NCBI GenBank assembly: GCA_963777155.1
Contig: CAVZPM010000011.1
Span: 25,791-89,790, forward strand
Direction: 5' to 3'
Length of the DNA stretch: 64,000 nucleotides
Source of the DNA: Candidatus Bathyarchaeota archaeon
Lineage (GTDB): Archaea; Thermoproteota; Bathyarchaeia; Bathyarchaeales; Bathycorpusculaceae
Positions 10,371 through 21,471 of the stretch are shown in pieces; position 1 is the stretch's first letter; each line of letters starts with the position of its first letter. The position numbers were made by a program, and so were the translations under genes. The notes below the pieces were generated by a model, which saw only the letters and a program-made list of their open reading frames with translations, had not been told where the DNA came from and ran no database searches.

Positions 10371-10467
10371 TTTTTTGTCCTCAAAACTGTTAAATATGTA
10401 TTGGTCAACGAGTAATCGTAAGGTTGTTTTGATTAAAAAAGGTTAGGGGAACCGAAAAATTGAAGGC
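10329..10467. repeat. ~140 bp direct repeat, copy A (5' end and upstream region of the ABC ATPase)
   Basis: Near-identical to 12266-12406 by direct comparison. Confidence 0.9.
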
Positions 10468-10572
10468 AGAAAAGTCCTTATGTTCGAAAACGAATTTTTG
10501 TGGAGTAGTAATTCATAAAATATATTAGAAAACTACCATGGAAACTAGTGCTGGCAAAGAATAGGTGAGTAG

Positions 10573-10740
10573 ATGAAAAAGACAAATCAGGAAATTGATT
10601 ACGTTGAAGCCATTCTTGCAATGAGAACAATGCTGTCACTAAACCATGCTCATGTTCATAAATCAGACATGAGAGACTTTGTTTGTATCGAGGCTATTAA
10701 TAATAATTGCATAGAACAATCTATCAAAAAGCAAAATTGA
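10573..10740 (+). CDS. Small hypothetical protein (55 aa)
   Basis: AGGTGA RBS upstream; MKKTNQEIDYVEAILAMRTMLSLNH...KKQN*. Confidence 0.35.
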   Translation: MKKTNQEIDYVEAILAMRTMLSLNHAHVHKSDMRDFVCIEAINNNCIEQSIKKQN

Positions 10741-10882
10741 TTGTACTACTAAAGTAACTGTAAAAACAGTATAATAACGACTTATTACTTCTGTATTTCA
10801 TGTTCTGGAATTTCCGACTATGTAAATGAGACCGCAAGTCCTAAGGGCTTTGTTGCTTAGTTAAGTTACCATTGTTTGTGGT

Positions 10883-12079
10883 TCATTTCCTTTGTTTTTT
10901 GATGACTAATACCACGGTGCTTGTAATGGTCGCTACTGCTACTATGGCTGCTATGGCGTAGATTGTTTCTGGAGGTGTAATGTTTGTTGTTGCGTTTGTA
11001 GTTTCAGGCTTCGTCATTGGAGTTGACGTAGGTGCAAGTTTCGGGGTCGGGGTCAAAGTTAGTGGGGACGTTGGAGTTTTTGTTGGGGTGGGAAGCGGTG
11101 TTGGTTCAGCAATTGGAGTAGGTACTGCTGTCGGAGTTGGTGTTGGAGTGGGTGTTGGGGCTTGAGTTGGGGTAGGCGTAGGTGTAGGTGGTTGCGTAGA
11201 CGTCTGAGTCGGGGTAGGAAATGGAGTTGGTGAAGGCGATTGGAAAAACGAGGACAGAAAAGATAGGACCGCAGATAATGTTTCTTGATGTTGCTGGTCA
11301 ACAGTTATATTCGCTGTTTCGCTGCCTACTATTGGGATAAGAGGATCGACTATTCCTTCAACATTAACCATGTTTTGGTCTAAATATTGAATATGGTTTC
11401 CGCCTTGAAGAATCGTCAAATTCTTGTTTGGAGCTTGAAGTTCAGTATTGTAGTATTGGATTGCTGAACTGTACATCGTTTTTTCTTCGCTTCCTAAAAT
11501 TATTTGTATTGGAACAGAAAATGTGGTTGGTTTTGGAAGCGGATACCCTGAAAGGTCAAATGGTGGAGACCATGCTGAAACCGCTCTAATTCTGTTGTCT
11601 GCGGTCGCCGTTACTAAAGCTGATAAGGCACCCAAACTATGTCCCATAGCTATTATTTTGTCGAAGTCTGCTTTTCCAGCAAGTTGCGATTGCATTTCCA
11701 GTGCACTGATGCAATTGAAAGCGGCAATGTAAACAGAAACTCGCTGTGAAATGTTACCTATTAAGTCTGCAAACATTCCGTCTGGAATTTCAAGCATAAC
11801 AAGAATGTAACCTGCATCAGTGAAGGGCCGATACGTCCAACTATACCACGTGTTTGATGAAGCAAAACCGTGAAGAAACAGGATAACTGGAGCTTTAACC
11901 ATACTTGATTTGTAATAGACAGTTGCGTGTCCTGTAAGATAAGTAAAGTTGAATGATTGGTAAGTACCCTGTGAATATACTGGTTTCACATAGACAAAAG
12001 ACAGAGATGCAATCAAGATAATGAGTAACAAAGCAAGAAGTTTTTCACCTGTCCAGAAAGTGGAAGACGTGTTTTTCAC
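10883..12079 (-). CDS. Surface-anchored alpha/beta hydrolase with Pro/Thr linker
   Basis: N-terminal signal/TM, LHGF, GHSLG nucleophile, GGNH, (PT)n linker, C-terminal TM plus basic tail. Confidence 0.85.
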   Translation of the reverse strand: MKNTSSTFWTGEKLLALLLIILIASLSFVYVKPVYSQGTYQSFNFTYLTGHATVYYKSSMVKAPVILFLHGFASSNTWYSWTYRPFTDAGYILVMLEIPDGMFADLIGNISQRVSVYIAAFNCISALEMQSQLAGKADFDKIIAMGHSLGALSALVTATADNRIRAVSAWSPPFDLSGYPLPKPTTFSVPIQIILGSEEKTMYSSAIQYYNTELQAPNKNLTILQGGNHIQYLDQNMVNVEGIVDPLIPIVGSETANITVDQQHQETLSAVLSFLSSFFQSPSPTPFPTPTQTSTQPPTPTPTPTQAPTPTPTPTPTAVPTPIAEPTPLPTPTKTPTSPLTLTPTPKLAPTSTPMTKPETTNATTNITPPETIYAIAAIVAVATITSTVVLVIKKQRK

Positions 12080-12265
12080 TTCTCTGAAACTTAAGTCAAT
12101 TTACTATTGGCGTCATTCTTATATAAAGTTAAATTTGACAATTGTTATCGCATTCTAGATTCCGACTATACTTATGTTTTAAGGTTTATGCCAAATCATA
12201 AATCGACAAGGAGAATAAGAAACGAGGAATTGCGGGTCAAGTCACTAAATACAATTGGTTTGTCG

Positions 12266-12406
12266 AAGTTTGTATGTTTTTTGGACTTCAACGACTTTGA
12301 CAGACATTTTTTTGTCCTCAAAACTGTTAAATATGTATTGGTCAACGAGTAATCATAAGGCTGTTTTGATTATAGAAGGTTATAGGGGAACAGAAAAAGT
12401 GAAGGC
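12266..12406. repeat. ~140 bp direct repeat, copy B
   Basis: Contains an abortive minus-strand MSVKVVEVQKTYKL start identical to the ABC ATPase. Confidence 0.9.
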
Positions 12407-12806
12407 GTCGAAAGCTGGAACTGTTGAATTATTGTTTATTTTTATTTTTGGAATTTTCCATTTTGCCTTGCCGTTTATTTTGACCCCAAATCCCAATGCA
12501 AAAATTAATTTGTTTGTAACGTTGAATATTTCGGACTTTGTGTTTCCTGGATGCTTTACTTTAGCAATCGTAAGTATCATTTTTTATGTAACACATAACC
12601 GTTATTTTGCAGTACTACTTGCATTCCTATACAGCGGAGGAATTTTTTTTCACTTGTTGTATTTTTTAGGTATTGTTGAATCGGTAATTATTGTTCCAAA
12701 CAATATAATTTTGGCTATCGGCATTCCAGTTGATGCATTTGCGGTTGTGGCTACATATGATTATTACCGTCGGGTTCGCTCAATTCCCATGCTATTGCCT
12801 AATTGA
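12399..12806 (+). CDS. Small four-TM membrane protein
   Basis: GTG start after a GGGGA RBS; four hydrophobic segments. Confidence 0.6.
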   Translation: MKASKAGTVELLFIFIFGIFHFALPFILTPNPNAKINLFVTLNISDFVFPGCFTLAIVSIIFYVTHNRYFAVLLAFLYSGGIFFHLLYFLGIVESVIIVPNNIILAIGIPVDAFAVVATYDYYRRVRSIPMLLPN

Positions 12807-15534
12807 TTCAACAATGTTTTGCTTTGAAGCTTTGTTCGCAGGATAAACTGCGCCAATCACTGCAGTTAAGAGGGCAAGGAACAGTGTAATTGTGATGGCG
12901 TCAACGGGTATTATGAAGGCCATTGGGAAACCAGCGACTCGCATGTAGCTAACTGTAACTCTGTGGAACATTAACCCCACAGTAATTCCCATCGCGAAAC
13001 CTACCACGCCGAGGAATGTTGCTTCACCGATTATTGAGGTTATCACTTGGGCTTTGCTCATACCTTGGGATCTGAATATTCCGATTTCTCGGCGGCGCTC
13101 TGCTACATTCATTATCATTATTGCGGCTACACCTATCCCTGCATTTAAAACAGCAAAGGCAACAACGGCGTAAAGTATGTAAAATATTTGGTCAATAGAA
13201 CTCTTTACGCGTTGAACCGCATCATTGTATGTGGTTATGCTTAGCTTGTATTCTTTTCCATAGGAGTCTTGTATGTTATTTTTGGTTTGTTCGATGTTTG
13301 CGTTCTGGTCAATTTTTACGAAGAAGATATTTGCTGTGTCGTTGTAATCAGTAAAAGAAGTGGGAAACGTTTCGTTAAGATTACTATAAGAAATATAGGA
13401 TGCTTCTGAAAGCATAAAGTTCCCGAAGGACATTATGTCCAGCCAAGCTCCCTGTGCAATGCCAACAACAGTGAAATTTTTCCAAGCAAGAACTGGCACA
13501 GTGTAATTGTAATGTACCACAACTTGTTGAGGCCCATAGGGGGTGGAGATTTCTACAACTTGGTCTGCTACGCGGTTTTCGTAATCTAGGTATCGGATTT
13601 TCACTTCATTGCCGACTGAGGCGTTGAGTGAATTAGCTAGCGGGGAAGTCAAAATTATTGTGTTAGGGTCGTTTAGTTTATCGAAAACATTTGATGGTGT
13701 GTCATCGCTAAAAGTCATTAACATAACTTTGGGATAAGAATACGTGTCAATCGCAAGTACAGTTGAGGAAGAATTTATTGGTGTAGAAGATGCGTTATTT
13801 TGTATTATGGTTTGGTCAGGAACTACAAGAAGCGGCGTAGTGGCGTTTACTGTTGAGAGATTTGTGATATTATCGGCAAAAGATTTTTGGTATCCTGCCA
13901 TCGGAGATAACCGTCAAATCTGAGCTTGAAAAAGAACGAATTACATTTTCAACGCCGGCTACTGTGCCGACTTGTGCTCCGCTCATGACTACAACTAAGC
14001 TCAATGACATACCGATGAGTGCGAAACAAATGGTGCTTCTAAGGAGGTTACGTTCTACGTTTCGCGAAATAATTTTTCTAGTTTTGCCGAATCCGAATAG
14101 GCTGCGTTCTATTACTGGACCGCCGCTCCTCAGTAAGCCAGCTACAAGCAGGGTTACTCCAAGCATGGCTATTGGAGCAAGTGCTGATACCACGTATAGA
14201 CCAATACCGTATTGGGAGAATATGTCAAACCATACAAAGATGAATGCGCCAAAAATTGTGAGAGGTAATCCAATTAGAACAAGTTTTATTGCTGTTCTTT
14301 GTTTACCTGGTTTTCTCATCGATGGACGTAGAGCATTGATTATATCTGTTCTACATGCTGATAATGATGGAAAAAGTCCGCCTATCATTACTGTCAGTAA
14401 ACCTGCTGCAGCGCCTAGGATAAGATGCTGTCCAGTTGTTGACGGCAAAACAAATTTGAATTCGATTCCTGGTGAGAAGGGTTGGAAGATTTTGGAGGTT
14501 AAATAGCGGAAAATGTCTGTTACAAATAATCCTAGAACAAGCCCTATGGCTACGCCAATTAGTCCTAAGATGAGGCTTTCTGAGAAGAATATCCAGAAAA
14601 TCTGTCTTGTTGAGGCGCCTTGCGAACGTAATATGCCGATTTCGTGGGTGCGCTCACCAATGTTCATGTACATAGTGTTTAGAACGATGACTATGGCGAC
14701 ACAAAGCGCCATTACTGACATTATTTGTAGGCCACTTTGTAAACCCACAGTTGCTCTGCTTACGATCGCCAGAACGCTTTCTTTTACTGGGTTAACTATA
14801 TAGTCGCTGCCTAATTTGTTGTTGAGGTCATTAACGATATTGGTTGTTTGTTTTGAATTCAGAAGTTTAATGCTAACAGAGTTGATTTTCTCTGTAGCGT
14901 TTAGCATCGTCTGAGCTTTTGTTAAGTCAACATAAACTCGGTATCCAGTATACCCTTGACCAAATACTCCTCCGTATTGATTTTCAAATTGACTGGAATG
15001 GTATAGGCCTACGACTTTAAGAGTGTAGTTTTCTGATTGAAATGTTGGGAAAGAGCCGGTTTCAACAGTAATTTCAAATTCTTGCCCCATAGTGTAGTTT
15101 AGTCTGTCATCAACTACTGCCTCTGAACTGTTGATTGGCAGATGCAATTGACCAGTGATGTTTGTTGCTAAAGAATCAGAATAGTCAAAGTCAGAGGTGG
15201 TGTTAACCCCTATTAGCGTAGTGCTAACCCAATCTTGAGGTTCAGAAGCGTTGGCTCGGCCATTTAGTCTTCCATAGTAATCTCCAATACCTGCTGTTTG
15301 GTTTATTGTGGTTAAAATTGTTTGGTTGAAGGGCAAATTTAAGCCTGATCTGACGCTTATGTCAACGTTTCCTATGGCTTGATTGACGGTGGAGCCGAAT
15401 TGGTCATAGACGCTGTCAAAAGCTATGTTGACGCCTACTATTAACGTAACACCCAGGATTACGGCAATAATTGTTAAGGAGTTACGGAGTTTACGCTTGG
15501 GAATGTTCCTTAAAGCTATTGTAGTAAAGGACAA
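12792..15534 (-). CDS. FtsX/MacB-like ABC permease (double FtsX), one frameshift near 13885
   Basis: Two ERxxEIGxxRSQG motifs. ORFs 13870-15534 and 12792-13901 join at a homopolymer run (DGRIPK/SFADN). Confidence 0.88.
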
Positions 15535-15706
15535 AGGGGTTTCCTCCTTTCCCTGTTATAATGTGGATCAGTTTTCAGTTATTGAAAGTGGTATTTTGTT
15601 ATATTTAAGAGTTAAATACTAAGATTTATATAGTAAATTTGGGGAGCGAGGAAGCTAATTGCTTCCTTAGTGATGCTTTGGCTTTGAAAGGGGTAGTTTG
15701 TAGAAG

Positions 15707-16702
15707 ATGTTTACGAACCTTAAAATCGGAACGTATGATTTTCTTGGAAAACGTGAATACTTCAAAAACAGACAATTGAAGAAACAGTGGACTTCAATGG
15801 CTCTCATCGGGGAGGATGGCGATGCTATTGAAACTGTAACTCGATGTCCCACGTGGTTTTCTTCTCTTATTTCGGGAGCAACAACTTATTTTCTTAGAGG
15901 TCAAGGTGTTGCTGGATTGGTTGATTTAGCTTATCCTATGGCGAATCCACTATTTGGTGATTTATTTGTTAGCCAATTTAAAATTGGCAAGGTCGATGCG
16001 ACATTGGTGCCTAGTTTTGTGCCCCTTGCGGTTACAGAGGTAAAACCTCTCGAAAAGAGTGTCGTGGTGTCCTACAAGGGAATAGGTGGAGGACCTGATT
16101 TGATTAAATTAATGTCAAGTGGCGCTTTAAGTTGTACTGAACGACCTTCAAATCCAAATGGCAGAGCGTTTGATACTGAATATAGACTTTACAGGAAGGT
16201 TGTTATTGGTGTAGATGATACCGATTCAGCGGCTAAGGGTGCAACTTTTAACACAGCAGTGCAATTGGCTTCGATTCTAGATAGGGCATCTAGTGATTAT
16301 CATTTTCTGAGGTTAACGTTGTCATTTAATTGGCCTGCTAATCCTGTAAAGACTACCAATAATGCCTCTTCAGGGTTGGTTTTTGCTGTTACTCCAGGAA
16401 AAGAAGAGGAGTTAATTCGAGATTTTGAAGGGTTAATTAGAAAACATTCGATTTCCAAGGAAACTGGAATGGTTGTTAATAAAAATGTTCGTGCACCTGA
16501 GGTTCTTAAGAATTATTCGAGGAAGGTTAAGAGAGAGCAAGTTAGTGTTTCTGAAGCGTTCAAAGCAGCAGAGCAAGCTGGTGTTAGAGCCATACCAATA
16601 ACTGGTGAGCGGGGTTTAATTGGAGCGTTATCAGTGGTAGGTTTAGTTGATGATACTGAAGAGGCTATTACCCCAGTCACGAAGGATGTACCAGTTGGAT
16701 AG
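15707..16702 (+). CDS. Divergent methanogenesis-marker-11-like protein with TiaS-type GxDDTD domain
   Basis: SYKGIGGG, VVIGVDDTDSAAKGAT, KTTNNAS and TGERGLIGAL follow the Mmp11/DUF1743 pattern. Confidence 0.7.
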   Translation: MFTNLKIGTYDFLGKREYFKNRQLKKQWTSMALIGEDGDAIETVTRCPTWFSSLISGATTYFLRGQGVAGLVDLAYPMANPLFGDLFVSQFKIGKVDATLVPSFVPLAVTEVKPLEKSVVVSYKGIGGGPDLIKLMSSGALSCTERPSNPNGRAFDTEYRLYRKVVIGVDDTDSAAKGATFNTAVQLASILDRASSDYHFLRLTLSFNWPANPVKTTNNASSGLVFAVTPGKEEELIRDFEGLIRKHSISKETGMVVNKNVRAPEVLKNYSRKVKREQVSVSEAFKAAEQAGVRAIPITGERGLIGALSVVGLVDDTEEAITPVTKDVPVG

Positions 16703-17356
16703 GTGTGTCAAATGAGGTTTCCAAGAGGCAAATGGATAACCGCTGCCATAATCTACTTGTCTTGGCAAGTGGTTTTTTCTATAGCCGTTTCCCCTCTTGG
16801 TTTTGGGATTTTGTCAGCAAAACAGATGGGTTTTACTCTTGATACAGTGTGGCTTGGGCTTCTGGTTGCCGCTGTAGTGTTAGCTTTAACAACATTGCTT
16901 GCTCGAACAAGTTTGGCTTACGGTTTATACACTAAAGGTCTAAGGTACATTAAAACAAAAGAGGATTTTGAAAAATTCTGGAGTACTTCTCTTAGAGGAT
17001 GTGACGATGGTGTAATAGCTGAAACACATTGGAGCGGTGCAGTATTGCCGCTTTTAATGGTGGGTTTCTCAGTTATAGGTATCCCTTTTCCGTTTAATGC
17101 GATTCCAGCTATTTTTACTAGGTGGGGGATTCATGTAGGGGCGCATATGGCTTTTCCAAAGGAAAAGTCTGGTGAGCGAATGTTTGGTGGCATGAACTTT
17201 ATCGCTAAAGGTCTTGCCTATGAGGATACTGTGGCCTCAATTAGTTTTCTGTTATCAGGGAACATTATTGCACCAGTATTACTCCATCATTTAGGCGCTT
17301 ACATTTCGACTTTTGCTGGGAACAAAGAGCGGATTGCAAAACACATAGGTTTATGA
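16703..17356 (+). CDS. Degenerate CPBP (CAAX protease/Abi)-like intramembrane protein
   Basis: Multi-TM; GVIAETHW in place of EExxxR, VGAH, and SGNIIAPVLLHH motif-4-like end. Confidence 0.55.
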   Translation: MCQMRFPRGKWITAAIIYLSWQVVFSIAVSPLGFGILSAKQMGFTLDTVWLGLLVAAVVLALTTLLARTSLAYGLYTKGLRYIKTKEDFEKFWSTSLRGCDDGVIAETHWSGAVLPLLMVGFSVIGIPFPFNAIPAIFTRWGIHVGAHMAFPKEKSGERMFGGMNFIAKGLAYEDTVASISFLLSGNIIAPVLLHHLGAYISTFAGNKERIAKHIGL

Positions 17357-17368
17357 TCCTAAGAAGAG

Positions 17369-18561
17369 ATGGTTAAAATGAAAACGAAACCAATAATGCT
17401 TCTGTTAATTCTTTCTATAAGTTGCTTTTTCTTAGTACAGCAACCGAATACTAAGGCTCAGTCTAGCTCCAACATTGTAGACGTTCCATTGACTTTTCAC
17501 AGTCATTCTTTGCTTCTTAGAGATCCAAATGGTTCCTTTTGTGTTTACGATGGAGCTGATGGTGCCGCACCTACCTCGGCGACTCCGACACAAACAAATT
17601 TAGTGGCACAAATTTCGGGTCAACAGTCTGGTTTCAGTTACTGGTCTGCCAGTATCCTCTGGACAATTAAGCTGCAAAGCGATTTACATGTTGTAGGTAC
17701 TGTTAACGTCAAAGCTTACATTAGTAGCACCTTTCAACTAAGCGGATTATTCAGCGGCGGAGGATACGGAATGGGGTTGGTTGATATTGACGAGAACAAC
17801 AATGAAATCAAACAATTCATAACGCAAGGTCCAATATCAATCGGTAGTAACCCCTTTACTGCCTCACCTGCGGAGTACAGCCTAAATACTAATGTTGATT
17901 ATATTTTTAAGAAGGATCACTCGATAGGTTTTGCCGTTGGCTTAGGCGCAACGGTTCAAGGGTTCACTGCGACAGTATTTTTTGACTCCTTAGACAGAAA
18001 CTCAGGGGCTACATTACCTGTTGAAGACAAATCGCAAAGCAACAGTTTCACCGCTATCACGAACGGCACCTCACAAAACATTGTAGTTGTAAGTGACTCA
18101 GCTATCTCGAACTACGAATTCAATTCCGCTTCAAATAGCATTCGGTTTAAAGCTCAAGGAATCAACTTCACCACAGGATACTGCTACGCTAGTGCTTCCA
18201 AAAACACTCATGCAAACACCATTCACAGTAACCTCAGGTTCCCACACAATAACAGCAACTTTAACTGAAAACTCAACCTACTACCAACTCTACTTCACTC
18301 ATGCACGTGATTCCAACCCCATTCAAATAACTGGGAGATCCATTTCTACTCAACCAACAACTCAACCCACAACATCAACGATGCCATCATTGTCGACGAC
18401 TCCAGTGACGACCTCTCCAGGTGAAACATCAGCAACTTCACCAGATGCGAGCTCACAACAAGGATCAATTCCAGAATACCAACTTCTAGCTCATCCCCGT
18501 GATTATAATTGCAGCTGCCGCAGTATTTGCAGTAATACTAAAGAAAAAGCTCAAAAAATGA
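17369..18561 (+). CDS. Secreted surface protein with PEF-CTERM-like sorting tail (two frameshifts)
   Basis: Signal peptide; ORFs 17369-18268 and 18093-18662 join. S/T-rich linker, then IPEYQLL / LIPVIIIAAAAVFAVILKKKLKK* in the shifted frame. Confidence 0.65.
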
Positions 18562-18594
18562 AACGCAGCCTATTTTTTACTTTTTCTAAAGGAA

Positions 18595-18771
18595 AGGCAA
18601 GAGATTTGTACAGCACTTCCCATAACGGTGAACGGAATAGCAAAAGTAAACCGCATGTCTGAAGACGTGGCAGAGTTTGTTAAGGGTTTAGGATATAAGA
18701 CGATTGAGTCACACATGGTGTATATTCATCGGTCTTTAACACGTGAAATAATGGTTTACGAAAAAACTTAG
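18595..18771 (+). pseudogene. trm11 3'-end copy 2 (orphan replacement C-terminus)
   Basis: RQEICTALPITVNGIAKVNRMSEDVAEFVKGLGYKTIESHMVYIHRSLTREIMVYEKT*. Same 177 bp length as copy 1; 37/58 aa identical by manual count. Confidence 0.92.
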
Positions 18772-18892
18772 CTTCCTGAAGTTAATTGCCCTGGTGGCAG
18801 GTACAAGGGAGTTGAAAACTGCGATGCTATCTCTTTAATTTGAACGGTTAAAAGCCTTACGATTATACTCTGCGCTGAGGTGGGGCACCAAA

Positions 18893-19246
18893 TTATTTCA
18901 GATAGATATCCAGATTTGTTTCTCCTACTGTAAGCTCAGGAAATGTCGCGATCAGCTGTTTTGCTAATTCAGCTATTATCATTTTAACTCCCTCTGTTTT
19001 CTCAACTTCAATCTTTGGATAAAGCCTAACGACAACTCCATCGTTTCTTCCAGATATCATTGTAAGGAAAACGGTCTTCTTGCCAGCATCAATAGCTAAC
19101 GAATCTATAAGTATCACGTTTTTTTCTCGCTCAAGATAAACATCCGTTGTCTTTAGAATGCTGTTTTCATTTCTCATCATCAACGGTTTTAATTCTTTGA
19201 AAATGTCCTCGATTGCAGCTTCACCATTTAAAACAACATGAGGCAA
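18893..19246 (-). CDS. Hypothetical protein
   Basis: TTG start after GGAGGAG; LPHVVLNG...VVRLYPKIEVEKTEGVK. Confidence 0.6.
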   Translation of the reverse strand: MPHVVLNGEAAIEDIFKELKPLMMRNENSILKTTDVYLEREKNVILIDSLAIDAGKKTVFLTMISGRNDGVVVRLYPKIEVEKTEGVKMIIAELAKQLIATFPELTVGETNLDIYLK

Positions 19247-19417
19247 AACAACTCCTCCATTTTTAAAATGATAAGGGGAAGCAAATATTAGATTTTCCAA
19301 TCTTAAAAACAAATAACCAAACAAACAACACAAGACGTGGCTAGATAAGAAGGCTTAAGAAACAGGCACACCTCTCCTTTTTCAATCATCAACTCGAGAG
19401 CATATCGAGGGCGTTAG

Positions 19418-20401
19418 ATGAGGGAATTCTCGAAACCTGTTGTAGTAGTTTCAAAATGTATTACTTTTGAACCTGTTAGATGGAATGGCCAAATAATAGC
19501 TAGCGAATTCGTGGAAAAACTTAAGCCCTATGTAAATTTTATCCCTGTTTGTCCAGAAGTTGAAATAGGACTTGGCGTGCCCCGCGACCCTGTCAGAATA
19601 GTATTAGTAAACGGAGAAAAAAAACTCCTGCAACCAGCAACAGGTTTCGACTTCACAGACAAAATGACAAAGTTCTCGGAGTCTTTCTTGGATTCCTTGG
19701 ATGCAGTTGACGGTTTCATACTCAAGAGTGTCTCTCCGAGCAGTGGTTTTAAAAATGTAAAAGTTTATCCAAGCATCGAAAGAGTCTCGTCAATAGAGAA
19801 AGCCCCTGGCTTCTTTGGGGGAGCAGTTCTTCAGAAATTTCCAAATTTGGCAATTGAAGATGAGCGCCGCCTGCTTAATCCAAGGATAAGAGAACATTTT
19901 CTTACGAAACTTTTCACTTTAGCTAGTTTTAGAGAAGTAAAAAAATCTGGGAAAATCAGAGATCTGGTCAAATTTCAATCCGATAACAAATACTTGTTTA
20001 CGGCTTACAATCAAACAGAGCTAAGAATCTTGGGAAAGTTGGTGGCAAACCAGGAACACAAAGCTTTTGATGAAACAATGATGAGTTATGAGACTCACTT
20101 GTATTCTGCTTTGGCGCGTACTCCCAGTGCTGGCGCGAACATAAATGTCATGTTAAAGATAATGGGTTATTTCTCACATCAACTTTCAAAGGATGAGAAA
20201 TCCTTCTTCCTTAATTCTGTCGATAATTACAGGGCAGGAAGGTTGCCCTTGAGTGCATGCTTGAACGTTTTGAAGGCTTGGATAGTTAGGTTCAAACAAG
20301 AATACTTATCGAGTCAGACTGTGCTTGAACCTTATCCTGAACAGCTTGCAGAACTGGAAACTGTTTTCTCAGAGGTTGATGGAAAGAACTATTGGAAATA
20401 G
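19418..20401 (+). CDS. DUF523 (TudS)-DUF1722 fusion, YbgA/RudS-like thiouridine desulfidase family
   Basis: SKC, VCPEVEIGLGVPRDP, KSVSPSSG, EDERRL, GYFS and YLSSQTVLEPYP. Confidence 0.88.
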   Translation: MREFSKPVVVVSKCITFEPVRWNGQIIASEFVEKLKPYVNFIPVCPEVEIGLGVPRDPVRIVLVNGEKKLLQPATGFDFTDKMTKFSESFLDSLDAVDGFILKSVSPSSGFKNVKVYPSIERVSSIEKAPGFFGGAVLQKFPNLAIEDERRLLNPRIREHFLTKLFTLASFREVKKSGKIRDLVKFQSDNKYLFTAYNQTELRILGKLVANQEHKAFDETMMSYETHLYSALARTPSAGANINVMLKIMGYFSHQLSKDEKSFFLNSVDNYRAGRLPLSACLNVLKAWIVRFKQEYLSSQTVLEPYPEQLAELETVFSEVDGKNYWK

Positions 20402-20423
20402 AAAACATGAATGAATAGGCAAC

Positions 20424-21345
20424 TTAATCAAAGTTATTTTTCAAAAAATTGTGCACTCGCTCGTCTTTTATTGCCAAGTTAATTGCTTTGATGGCGCTTT
20501 TTTCTTTATCTTTGATCTCCAACATTATATCGAAGTCGAAGGGTTCAGTTTCTTTCAATAACAGGTCAAAATCTTCTATATCAATTGTCTCGGAATGTTG
20601 TCTTGGCAATCCATTAGGTTCTTGAGAGCTGTAGTCAACCATTGGAATTCCATCTCTTTTTTCATTCCATGTCTTTGTAGTAAGCTTGAAAGATTCCTCA
20701 GTTGTCTGGTTCCCTGAATTGTTGAGTTTGTGATGAAAGACATCAAAAAGAATTGGAATTTGGATTTGTGCATTTATTTTTAGGCAGTCGTTCAAATCGT
20801 ACAAGTTTATCGTCGTTCTCGATTACTAAGCGGCGAATTATTGAATCATCAAGCACACCGAATCTTGTTACAAATCTCTCCATGCTTTTCTCTTTGTCTC
20901 CGTAAGCTCCGCCGACGTGGATTTGAATCTTTGCCGATGTATCTAGTTTCATCAAGTCAAGTATTTGGGCGTGATATTTGAGTTCATTTTTGCTTCTTTC
21001 GAAAATATCCTCTTTAATTGAGTTAATTAGGGTGAACTGGTCTGGATGCATTGAGATTCGCATTCTATTTTTGGTAATGAACTCGCCGATTTCTTCAAAC
21101 TCTTCTTGGAAATGCTCTTGCCAGTTGAACTTATTTATTGGATGAGACGCAAAAGGGACTAAGTCTGAGGAAATTCTAAAAAAGAATAGCCTATGCTCAA
21201 GATTGAACTGCAAGATTCTTCTCAAGCAGTCTAGGTTATTTTTCACTGTCTGCTTAAGTCGGGTTTCAGAGTAAGATTTTAGCCGAAAAGTGCTGTTTGC
21301 GGTGCAGTCAATAGTTCTATTGATACAAGGATAACCTATTCTCAT
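20424..21345 (-). CDS. uvsE: UV DNA damage endonuclease (frameshift near 20803)
   Basis: RIGYPCIN, FFRISSDLVPFASHP, SMHPDQFT, IENDD, FDVFHH and DIMLEIKDKE, split over two ORFs. Confidence 0.92.
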
Positions 21346-21471
21346 TACTCATCCTTCTTCCTTAAACTTAATTGATCATCTGTCTTAAAGCTCTCCATTT
21401 TCGTAGTCAACGCAGAATAATCTTGCCTGGATGATGAGTACTCTAAAAAAGGAGAAGGGATAATTTAGTAA

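Larger units (their letters stand above)
9265..18594. mobile_element. Cassette 1 inserted at trm11 (no integrase visible)
   Basis: Bounded by trm11 3'-end copies 1 and 2; accessory gene content. Confidence 0.7.

Noticed and set aside
11030-11240. Repetitive GT-rich stretch as CRISPR or tandem repeat element
   Set aside because: It encodes the Pro/Thr linker of the hydrolase; there is no constant repeat-spacer period.
15707-16702. Bona fide TiaS (tRNA-Ile2 agmatidine synthetase)
   Set aside because: The DDTD domain is C-terminal here and the OB-fold and zinc-ribbon tRNA-binding domains are absent.
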